A stretch of DNA of 62,696 nucleotides from a virus (taxonomy: Duplodnaviria > Caudoviricetes). This document shows positions 47,709-57,500 of this stretch, piece by piece. The position numbers and the translations under genes are program-made. The stretch lies in the IMG/VR virus record IMGVR_UViG_3300021379_000628, positions 1 through 62,696 of that record; one strand, 5' to 3'. Within the stretch, counting starts at the first letter, position 1. The number at the start of each line of letters is the position of its first letter. The notes beneath the pieces were generated by a model. It saw only the letters and a list, made by a program, of their open reading frames with translations, did not search any database and was not told the DNA's origin.

Positions 47709-47917
47709 TGAAGAAAGCAACAGACATAATTTTAAGATTATATAAATCAGAATATATAACACAAGATGAAGTTCATATTTTGTTGGATGGTATTTGGGAT
47801 AGAAATTATCTTTACAATCCCCCAGTGTTGGATCCATATAAACCAAGTCAGGCTTATAAACCAGAATATAAACAATGGAATATAACAAGTAATAGCGATA
47901 ATACAAATGTGGAATAA
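47708..47917 (+). CDS. Hypothetical protein
   Basis: 69-aa ORF. Confidence 0.5.
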   Translation: MKKATDIILRLYKSEYITQDEVHILLDGIWDRNYLYNPPVLDPYKPSQAYKPEYKQWNITSNSDNTNVE

Positions 47918-49676
47918 TGAATGGAAAAAAGGCGTTGATTACCCAACCTGGGGTGACACAGACGTATACAAGAAGACTATATCCGGGGGATATTTATTAT
48001 CAGGTGAATCACCAAGAGACGCATACCAACGAGTCGCAACAACAGTTGCAAGAAGATTATTTAAACCAGAATTAAGTGAAACGTTTTTTAACTATATTTG
48101 GAATGGTTGGTTAAACTTAGCATCACCAGTATTATCAAATACAGGAACTGATCGTGGATTACCTATAAGCTGTTTTGGTATCGATGTAGGTGATAGTATC
48201 GCTGAAATTGGTAATAAAAACTTAGAGATGATGCTGCTAGCTAAACACGGTGGGGGAGTTGGTATTGGCATTAATATGATACGTCCTGCCGGAGCTAAAA
48301 TAACAGGTAATGGAACATCAGACGGAGTTGTCCCTTTTTGTAAAATATATGACTCAACAATTCTTGCAACTAACCAAGGTTCTGTTAGAAGAGGAGCAGC
48401 AAGTGTTAACATCAACATTGAACATGATGATTTTGAAGAGTGGCTTGAAATTAGAGAACCTAAAGGAGATGTCAATAGACAATCGCTTAACCTTCATCAG
48501 TGCGCAGTTGTGGGCGACAAATTTATGCGTAAGCTTGAACAAGGAGATGCAGACGCTAGGAATAGATGGAGTAAACTTCTTAGAAAACGAAAGTCAACTG
48601 GAGAGCCGTATATTTTGTTTAAGGGAAATACTAATAAAGCGAATCCAGCAGCTTACAAAGACAATGCGCTAAAAGTACATATGACTAATATATGTAGTGA
48701 GATTACACTACATACAGATGAGTCTCATAGTTTTGTTTGTTGTTTATCATCAGTTAATTTAGCTAAATATGAAGAGTGGAAAAATACTAACCTTATTTAC
48801 GATGCCATTTGGTTTCTTGATGGAGTTCTTGAAGAGTTTATCCAGAAAGCTAAAGGGCTTAAAGGATTTGAGAACTCTATTCGTTCTGCAGAAAAAGGTA
48901 GAGCGTTGGGTCTGGGCGTTTTGGGGTGGCATACGTATCTACAGCAAAACGGTATCCCTTTCGAAGGGTTACAAGCACAGTTTGAAACTAGACGTATATT
49001 TTCACAAATCAAAATCGAAAGCGAACGTGCGAGTAGAGCACTTGCTGAAGTCTATGGGGAGCCTCTTTGGTGCCGCGGTACTGGCTTTAGGAATACTCAT
49101 CTTAGGGCTATTGCTCCTACTGTTAGTAATAGCAAGCTTGCTGGTAACGTTAGTCCTGGCATTGAGCCTTGGGCCGCTAATGTTTTCACGGAACAAAGTG
49201 CGAAGGGTACGTTCATTAGGAAAAACAAAGAGCTAATAAAAGTTTTACGTAAAATTGGTATTAATACTGATGAAACGTGGAATAAGATATTAGAAGACGG
49301 TGGAAGTATACAAGGTATTGATGAGCTTGATAACTGGGGATTTGTAGATCGTAGACTTACAAATATAAATGAGCAAACGGTAGATCTTGAATTGAAAGGA
49401 GTTGATATGGTTAAAGACGTATTTAAAACGTTTAAAGAAATTAATCAACTTGAGTTAGTTAATCAGGCTGGTATACGTCAGCAATATGTTGATCAATCAG
49501 TTTCATTAAACTTAGCTTTTCCAAATGAGGCTTCACCTAAATGGATTAACCAAGTTCATTTAGACGCATGGAAAAAAGGGGTTAAAACTTTATATTATAT
49601 GAGGACTGAATCAGTATTACGTGGAGACATTGCCGCAAAGGCTATGGATCCTGACTGTATTGCTTGTGACGGATAG
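47907..49676 (+). CDS. nrdA: Ribonucleotide reductase class I alpha subunit (no ATP cone)
   Basis: PISCF, TNICSEI, APTVSNS, DQSVSLN, KTLYY, C-terminal CIAC. Confidence 0.95.
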   Translation: MWNNEWKKGVDYPTWGDTDVYKKTISGGYLLSGESPRDAYQRVATTVARRLFKPELSETFFNYIWNGWLNLASPVLSNTGTDRGLPISCFGIDVGDSIAEIGNKNLEMMLLAKHGGGVGIGINMIRPAGAKITGNGTSDGVVPFCKIYDSTILATNQGSVRRGAASVNINIEHDDFEEWLEIREPKGDVNRQSLNLHQCAVVGDKFMRKLEQGDADARNRWSKLLRKRKSTGEPYILFKGNTNKANPAAYKDNALKVHMTNICSEITLHTDESHSFVCCLSSVNLAKYEEWKNTNLIYDAIWFLDGVLEEFIQKAKGLKGFENSIRSAEKGRALGLGVLGWHTYLQQNGIPFEGLQAQFETRRIFSQIKIESERASRALAEVYGEPLWCRGTGFRNTHLRAIAPTVSNSKLAGNVSPGIEPWAANVFTEQSAKGTFIRKNKELIKVLRKIGINTDETWNKILEDGGSIQGIDELDNWGFVDRRLTNINEQTVDLELKGVDMVKDVFKTFKEINQLELVNQAGIRQQYVDQSVSLNLAFPNEASPKWINQVHLDAWKKGVKTLYYMRTESVLRGDIAAKAMDPDCIACDG

Positions 49677-49760
49677 TGCAATATATAACACTTTTGTTAT
49701 AAATGTAGGCGTATACGTTTACAAATTACATTAAAAGTGCAATATATAGCATTACAAATA

Positions 49761-49796
49761 AAAAAAAGGGGGCTACTTTCGTAGCTCCCTTTCTTT
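49761..49796. terminator. Bidirectional intrinsic terminator where the two arms converge
   Basis: A7-GGGGGCTAC-TTTC-GTAGCTCCC-TTTCTTT. Confidence 0.85.
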
Positions 49797-49829
49797 ATTA
49801 GGAACGATTGGGTATGGTACGCCCAGTTT

Positions 49830-50093
49830 TTATTTGTTCCTTATTGTTTTCTTATTAATAGTTCTTTGACTTTTTCTTTGCATTATCTTAATATAGTCAG
49901 TCGTTAATTTTTTTTTGATAATGATTTCAATGTCATCATTAGTATAATACTTCTGTACTACATTAATTATTGGATTATCTTCAGATGAAGTTAACCAACT
50001 AGATTCTTTAGTTATATCTTTTGTGTATACTACTTTTGTGCTACCGCAACTAATAAATAGCGCGGTGACTGTAGCAATAATTATTTTCCGCAT
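49830..50093 (-). CDS. Lipoprotein (o-spanin candidate)
   Basis: Signal peptide with lipobox FISC; near the lysis genes. Confidence 0.5.
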   Translation of the reverse strand: MRKIIIATVTALFISCGSTKVVYTKDITKESSWLTSSEDNPIINVVQKYYTNDDIEIIIKKKLTTDYIKIMQRKSQRTINKKTIRNK

Positions 50094-50356
50094 GGTTCTC
50101 CTGTTTTAACGTTGATCCAATTTTCTTTTTCAAACCAGTCACGTAACGTAGCTCCTTTCTTGCGAGTGCCTTTTATATTTGACTTACTTGATCTTCTGTA
50201 TTTACCTGACTTAGCAGCTGACTCCTTAGCTCTAATAACTTTTTCTTTTTCAGCCTTGCTCATTGATCTTACCTTTGAAGCAGGTAAACAAACCTTTTTA
50301 GTTCCACCACCTTTTACTTTAGATTTTTTTTGGAACGGTGAGTTTTGCGTATACAT
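50081..50356 (-). CDS. Small basic protein
   Basis: CLPASK.., LRDWF..E.W; N-terminal SPFQKK. Confidence 0.55.
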   Translation of the reverse strand: MYTQNSPFQKKSKVKGGGTKKVCLPASKVRSMSKAEKEKVIRAKESAAKSGKYRRSSKSNIKGTRKKGATLRDWFEKENWINVKTGEPCGK

Positions 50357-50508
50357 TATTTTTTCTTTTTACCCATTTTGCTGGGTCCACCAGCTCTAGT
50401 ACATCTAACACCCCAACCTGAAGCGTATGCTGATGGCCACACTTTAAATTTCTTTTTTGCCGCAGCTTTGCACGGTGCGCTTATTTTTTCATATAACGGT
50501 GATCCCAT
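50356..50508 (-). CDS. 50-aa basic protein (WPSAYAS type)
   Basis: MGSPLYEK..AKKKFKVWPSAYASG; TAATG coupling. Confidence 0.6.
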   Translation of the reverse strand: MGSPLYEKISAPCKAAAKKKFKVWPSAYASGWGVRCTRAGGPSKMGKKKK

Positions 50509-50518
50509 GTCTTTGTTT

Positions 50519-50986
50519 TTAAATTATGCTATACACACTTTTTCCTCCTTCTTTACTAGCTTTCAAGCAACGTCTACGATTTTCATCTGCAGATACGTAA
50601 CTCACGTGCACCCAATCAGGGTTTTCATCAGATCCAAATTCCCAAATCAATTGATCAAAGTCTAAATTGTTTTTAATGTAATTGTACATTTCTGCATTAG
50701 TCTTATGACCATACACGTCGTCAATATCAATCGCACGACCTTCACAATGTTGCGACTTTGAACTTCCACCAATTGCTTTGTTAAGCTCTACACTTCTAAA
50801 AAATGAATTAATTTTTATTGGACCACCAACCCACTCGCGTAATGGTTCAAACACGTTTTCAGCAACACCAACCATGTTTGTTAGTTGATAATCATTTGGC
50901 ATGTTTTCTATACCTTTTCTTTTAGCTGTGTATGATTCAATTGCCTCTCGCAAGCTGATATGCTTGCTTATCCCTTCTGATCGCAT
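50519..50986 (-). CDS. Endolysin, peptidase M15 family
   Basis: INSFFRS..LN..IGG..SQH..G.AID...WVHVS. Confidence 0.85.
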   Translation of the reverse strand: MRSEGISKHISLREAIESYTAKRKGIENMPNDYQLTNMVGVAENVFEPLREWVGGPIKINSFFRSVELNKAIGGSSKSQHCEGRAIDIDDVYGHKTNAEMYNYIKNNLDFDQLIWEFGSDENPDWVHVSYVSADENRRRCLKASKEGGKSVYSII

Positions 50987-51278
50987 CCTCTATTTCTTTT
51001 ACAGTTAAATTTAATTTAAGACTTATTCCAGCTCTCCAAAACATAGCCACTTTACCATCTCTAAACAGTATAACAACTGGTACAGCTGAAATATCTTTTT
51101 TAAGGTTTTCGTGTTGATCTTCTAAATCCCCTTTTATAACTTTATATCCTAAAATCTGAAAAGGCAAATCAACGTCATTTCTTGCGTTCCAATGCGCGTT
51201 AATATGAGCTATAGTATATTCTTGAGAATAAGATATTGATGCAATTAATAATAATATTAAAGTGATTAAAGCTTTCAT
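50937..51278 (-). CDS. Secreted thioredoxin-fold-like protein lacking CxxC
   Basis: Signal peptide, NAHWN, ISAVPVVILFRDGK. Confidence 0.5.
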   Translation of the reverse strand: MKALITLILLLIASISYSQEYTIAHINAHWNARNDVDLPFQILGYKVIKGDLEDQHENLKKDISAVPVVILFRDGKVAMFWRAGISLKLNLTVKEIEDAIRRDKQAYQLARGN

Positions 51279-51279
51279 T

Positions 51280-51567
51280 TTAATTTTTCTTTTCGATTAT
51301 CTCATATAATTTCTCATCTATCTTATCCAGCTTTTTACTGTTCTCTTCAACTTTTTCTTGAGTATTCATAATTGTCTCGCGAATAAGTTGATCCTTAAGA
51401 TCGTACTCAGTTCTACTAATAGCGGGTTTTGGAAGTTCTTTAGCAATCTCAATATCTGCTTTCAATGTAAAATACATAGCGGCAAGTGATATTGCTCCAG
51501 CTATAACCATACCAATGGTCTTCAGATCCAATGTTACCTGAGTTTCTTCTCCTAATTTTGTGGCCAT
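51280..51567 (-). CDS. Single-TM coiled-coil protein (holin/i-spanin candidate)
   Basis: N-terminal TM helix, C-terminal coiled coil, upstream of the endolysin. Confidence 0.45.
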   Translation of the reverse strand: MATKLGEETQVTLDLKTIGMVIAGAISLAAMYFTLKADIEIAKELPKPAISRTEYDLKDQLIRETIMNTQEKVEENSKKLDKIDEKLYEIIEKKN

Positions 51568-51570
51568 AAT

Positions 51571-54500
51571 TTATCTTGTAATTGTTCTTCTTTTTACTGT
51601 TTTTCTTCTCGTTGTTTTAGGTTTCGGCTTTTTGGCTTTTTCTTTTTCTTCTTCTTCTATACCTATTTGCCAGTCTTGCCAACCACCTAGTAATGCTAAG
51701 CGTTCCCAAGTTTCAAGATCGCTTTCAGTAGATTGAATAACATTGTTTACTTTTTTAATTGCTCTATCAAGCGGTATGTTTGTTGTAGCGGCAATTACAT
51801 TAGCACCAGCTAGATATGCTGGATTATCTAAACTCAAACCTTTTTCCATCATCTCGTCTTTATCCCATTGATAAGCTCTAGCAGCTTGATTTATCTTAGA
51901 TAATTTAGATGATACAGGAGGTGATATTTTTGTAAGTTCATACCCAACTTTTTCAAGTTTAGGTTGATCTTTTTCCATTTCACGCATGATACGTAATATA
52001 GCGTTTTTACCAACAGATATAGCAGCTCCACCAAGACCAGTACCGCGCAATACTGAATCAGCCATACCATTAGCTACGTCAACATATTTTTCTACTTTCT
52101 CTTCTTCTTCTGGTTCTTCATCACCAAAAGCAAAAGCAAATAAACCTTGTTGTAAAGCGTTAAATATAAGGTTTTGTGCTGTTGCGTAATAAATAATCTT
52201 ACTTATATGTGTCTTAGCGTCTCCTCGGCCAGCTACAAGATCTCTAACGGCTTTATCCATTATTCTAGTATACTGTGCTGGAGTATTGCTATAAGCTAAT
52301 ATAGGACGTCCTAATGGACCAGCTTGTTGTTGTGATATAAGATCAGGTCTACTTGATTGCTGAGATATTTCAGCTGTATCTCTAAAGTCTTCAAACGCCT
52401 TTGCTTCAGCTTCAGCTTGGGATAAACCTTGTTTCTTGTATGTATTAATTCTGTTACGATAGAACGTAGCTCCACCAGATGCAATAGCAAAACTATCTGC
52501 CATTTGCGTAGGTGTAAAACCAAATTGTAATATCTTACCAACAACAGCTTTTGGACCACCCTTCTTTGCCATGTCAGCAATATCAGATTCTGTTACGTCC
52601 ATACGTAAACCACCTCTTCTTGATTTTAAGAAATCTGAATTAAACAGATACATAAAATCTTTCCAGTATTGTGGTTGATTAGCAAATGCTTTACCAGCTT
52701 TGTATGGATTGTTATCTGAGAAGTTAACAAAGTTAGTTGCAGATAACGTTTGAAGTACGGCTGATCTGGTATTTAAGAACATTGTTACACCAATACTACC
52801 ATTTAACCAATCAGTAAATCTAGCAGTGAGCGAATCGTCAGAGTAATTCTTATTACGTCCAGTCTTCATACGGCGTAAACTATTTTCAATAGCTTTTCTA
52901 TATTTCTTACCGTATATAGCTTCTAATTTGTTTAGGTTTTTCTCAGAGAAAACAATATCAGCATTAGCTTGCCACTCTTGCAAGTATTCAGCACGTCTAC
53001 CAGTATTTAAACCTTCTAAAAGATCTGTTGTGATAGTTCCGCCTAACCAACCTTCACCAGGTTTAGCGTATTCTCTACCTTTTTGTATTGCTATTAGTTG
53101 ATCTGCAAATACTTGCAGCTCTGAATTATCTATTACATGCTTTGTAAGATCTTTAAGATCTGTTTTGCTAATACCAGGTATTTCCATACCTTGTTTATTC
53201 CAAATATAGACTCTTACAGCTTGCTCATTAGTAAATACTTCACCAGGTATTTTTTTACGTAAGTTTTTTGGTACAATACCTAAGCCTTTCTTTAAAGCTT
53301 TATAATCATTAGCCATTGCTACTCTAGCTCTATCGAGATTAGTCATAGCTCTAGAAAATGGTTTGAATAAAGTTTCTTCGTACCATTGTAACTGCTGCTC
53401 ACCTTTCTTACCTTTACTAAGCGTAGAGTACAATAAACCTGCAAAGTCTTGAGCAGAGTAAGGTATAAATCTAGGTAGCCTAAGTTTTTTACCAACAACT
53501 TCAGCTTTAGCTTTACTATATTCTTTTTCAGCCGCAATACCAGATTTATCTTCTAGTATTTTATTGAACTCAGCATCTATATTTTTAGAGAATTTAACTT
53601 TAGCTTGTTGTACTTTTGATTTAACATCAAACACACTTAAAGCATCTTTAACAGCTTTAACATTTTTAATAGCGTCATCAGCAAAATAAAAGTCATTATA
53701 ACCTTCAGCAGCTTTACTAGTAATCCATCTACCTTTTGCAGCAGCTGTACCATCACCTAGACCAATAATATTCTCTTGCTTGAACTCTATACCGTTAGCT
53801 TTCATAAACTCGTATATAGGTCCAGCCGCATCAGCAGGTCTAGCGGTTAGTATATAAAGATCTTCATTACCTCTTGCTTCGTTAATCTTTTTAGCAACTT
53901 CAAACAAAGGTCCTTTCTTACCTTCAATTACTTTACTAAATTCAGAGAAATCAAACTCAGCGCCTTGAGCTTGTAATTCCGCAGCTCTTTCAGCAAACTG
54001 TGTAGCGTTTAGTTTGCCAGTAGTACCATCAGGCATCTCATAAATAACTTGGCTTTTAGATCTTGCTAATGTGTCATCGAAATCAAACACTCTAATCTTT
54101 TTAATTGGAGCATCTATTTTTCTAGCGTTATCCATAGCCTTGTCTATGTTAGACATAACAGGTAATACACTTGGATTTGATTTACTTAGTTTTACTTTTT
54201 GTGTAGATACTAAAGTATTGTTATTTTTTTCAGCAGCTTTTTGCTCTGATTTATTCATTTCAACAGAAACCTTATGACCAGCGCTATTTATTCCGTAAGT
54301 TTCAAAAACAGTTTTACCGTTAGATAAAACTATATTATTAGGATCAATACCGAAATCATTTGTTGCTACATTTATATTGAAATATCTAGCCCAAATATTA
54401 TCTGTAACTTTCCAACCTTCTGGTGTCATAGCTGTATAGTTAAAAGGCTTACCATCTGGTTTTTTACCTTTTAATTTTTTATCATCAATTTTACCTAAAG

Positions 54501-57500
54501 CTCCTTGGAAATAATTATTCTGTATATTTTTAAAATCAGCGTCTACAGTTCCGTTTATAGCTGCCTTAAATAAATACTTAGCAACTAAACTAGCTGGCAT
54601 AGTATGTTCTTCTACTATACCACCTTCTAAGTTTTTAGAATAAAATTTAATTGGAGCAGACGTTCTAACAAAATGACCCATACCTTGGCTAGTGCTTCCA
54701 AGTAACGCTATAATGTATTTAGCGTTTTGATTATCTTCTTGGATCATTGTTTCAAATGTTTTGAATATCTTTTTCAAACCATTTAATTTAGCATCTTGCT
54801 CTTTTTTAAATTTATCGCTATTAAATTCGTTTAAAAAATTTTTACTTATATTACCTTGAGCACCTCCAGTAACGTAAGTTTTTCTAGTTACAGCACTAGC
54901 AATATCTAAATCTTCGTTAGCAAAAGCTGCATTTTCTAAAGCTGTGTTTATATCATCTATACTTGTAAAGAAAAAACCTCTTTTAGCAGCAGATATACCA
55001 GCATTTGCTAAAGTACCTTGTGTAAAAAATGATTTTGGTAGCCTTGGAGCTAATTCATTAACAACCCAATCACGCATCTCTTGTACATTTTCAGGGTTTT
55101 TAGAATCTATAAAATCTAAACCTAGTTTTTTAGATATAAATTTCCAAACTTTATTTTCAGCAGCTAATTCTTCTGCTGTTTTTTCAAACGTTTGGTTTTC
55201 TATAAACTCATTTGTTTCCTTTTTTTGAGATTGTGAAAACTTAGCACCAGCTCTCAATCTTTCCGCTTTAACAGGTATAAGGTTTTCAAGCATGCGGTTA
55301 CGTATATGAAGACCCATTAAGCCTCTAATGGTTTGACCTACTTTATCCCTGTAAATTGGTTTTGTAGGTTTTTCTTTGATAAGATCTATATAGTCTTTTA
55401 AAGTACCAGTTAACTGACCGTCGGTATACATAACGTTAAGTACATTGTTTGGAATAAACGTACCTTTACCAAAGTCATCTTTAGTTTTTGGAAGTCTAGC
55501 GTAGTCAGCTGAAGCGTTGTCAACTAAAAATTGTTTTGCTCTAGTTAAACCTTCAGCATCATATTTCTGATAGTTTCTCTTTTTATCTACAAAAGTTTGT
55601 GGATTAATACCAAACGCTTCACCGTATATCTCAGCTACAGACTCAGGTATATTTCTAGTTTCACCAAATCTAGTAATCTCTTGATCTTTAAAAGCGTCTT
55701 GAGTAGCTTTAGTTATTTTATCTTCTAACTGAGCTTTACTTTCAACTTTAGCATTGTTTAAAATAGTATTAGAATACTGAGTGCTTTCACTTGGTTTTCT
55801 AACTTCTCTTTTAGGTTTAGTTTCTACTTCCGTAACAGCTTCTTCCGTAACAACGCCTTTGGCTTCAGTAACGTCTTCAACAAACTCTTCTCCAAGAACT
55901 CTTTTAGAAGCTTCAATAGCTCTAGCTGGTAAATATTTATTTATATAAGCAGCAAGTGGAACGCCAGAGTCTGGATTATATTCTCTAATTAAATCGAACA
56001 AACCTCTATCTCCAGTCTCTATTTCATCTGTAAGTAATTGACGGTCAAAACCAGGAGCTTCACGTCTTTTATCTACTAACTTACTTACTATTGGTTTAAA
56101 TTGTTCTATAATATCAAAAGCCCCAGCTTCACCTTGTTCTTCGTATATCTGCTGTACTTTTTGAGAAGCTTCTTCAGATCTTGATTCTTTTACGATTTGC
56201 TCATCTGATTTAACTTTAGCTTCTTCAACTAATTTACCTTTAACACCTTTGGCAGCAGCTTCTACTTGAGCTAAACTAAGGTCTCCTTTTTCTATGCTTT
56301 TGTTATAATCTTTTATAAAGTTATAAACATCACGGCCAGTATTAAATTTAATTTTAACACCAAATCTTTGTAGTGTTCTACGAACTCTATCACCAAGCTT
56401 AGTAAATACGTTTTCTTCAAACTTTATATCGCCAGTAGCTAAAGCATCTGAAAATAAAGTAAGTGCTTCTTCCATTTGAATATCAACGTCCTGATCAGCG
56501 TAACGCTCCATTCTTTTTTTGAAGTTACTATCAGCTATTTTAGCAGCATCTATTTTATTTAATTCGTTTAATAGAGCATTTCCAAGACTTATAGCATTTT
56601 CAGGATTATCTTTTACTGTTTTATACAATATAACATGACCAAGTTCGTGACCGGCAATGTTCATAGCTTTTTCCCGAGCAGCAACCTCTCTATTTATAAT
56701 AATAGTTTGTTTACCTGTTTCAGGATTTTGTATAACAAAACCTTGTTGCTCTGAAGCTTTAGCGTCTAAATCTTTATCTAAACCTTGTTCTTTTAAGAAA
56801 TTATCTATTTCTTCTTTGTTGGCAAAATCTTGAAAATCTAAGTCACTAACATATTTACCAGCTTCTTTAGCTTTTCTTATATTGTTTACTAATATCTCAC
56901 CCTCGTTTCTAATATCATAAATCTCTTGTTGAGCTCTATTTCTAGCTTGCTCAATAGATTTAACCATTATATCTTTTTCCTCTTTAGAGAAATCTTGCGA
57001 GGCGTTTACTTCGTTTATTCTGCTAACTGACTCGGTTAAAAATTCAGAGTTTTCAGCTATTTTATTTATTTGATCTTCAGAAAGAGCAGAAACTAGAACA
57101 TCATTTTCATCAAATTGATTTTTTAAATTTGATATTATTTCCTGTTGAGAAGTGTTTATGGTTTCTAATTCTTGTACTGTTATATTATTTCTAGACTTAG
57201 CTTTTTCTAATGTAGTTAATTCATTTAAACTGTTTTGTATTCTTTGATTCTCTGTGGTTGTCCTAACAGCGTGGCTAGCGGTTAAGTATTTACCACCAAC
57301 GCTAGCACCAAGTGCACCAAACATACCTTTAAAGCCTTGCTCTAACCCTTCTTTAGACATCATAAACTTGCCGGCAGCTAAACCAGCTTCGTCTAAATCC
57401 ATGCCCTTAGCAAGATTAGTGTTAACCTCACCTATACCACCTTGAAACCACTCTTGAAAAAAGTTAGTACCTACAACAGAAAGTAAGTCATACATCTGCT

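Noticed and set aside
54070-54084. DFDD as the catalytic DxDGD/DxDxD motif of a crAss-type virion RNA polymerase
   Set aside because: The context VFDFDDTL...ILTAR...FADD is a HAD signature, not a double-psi-barrel active site.
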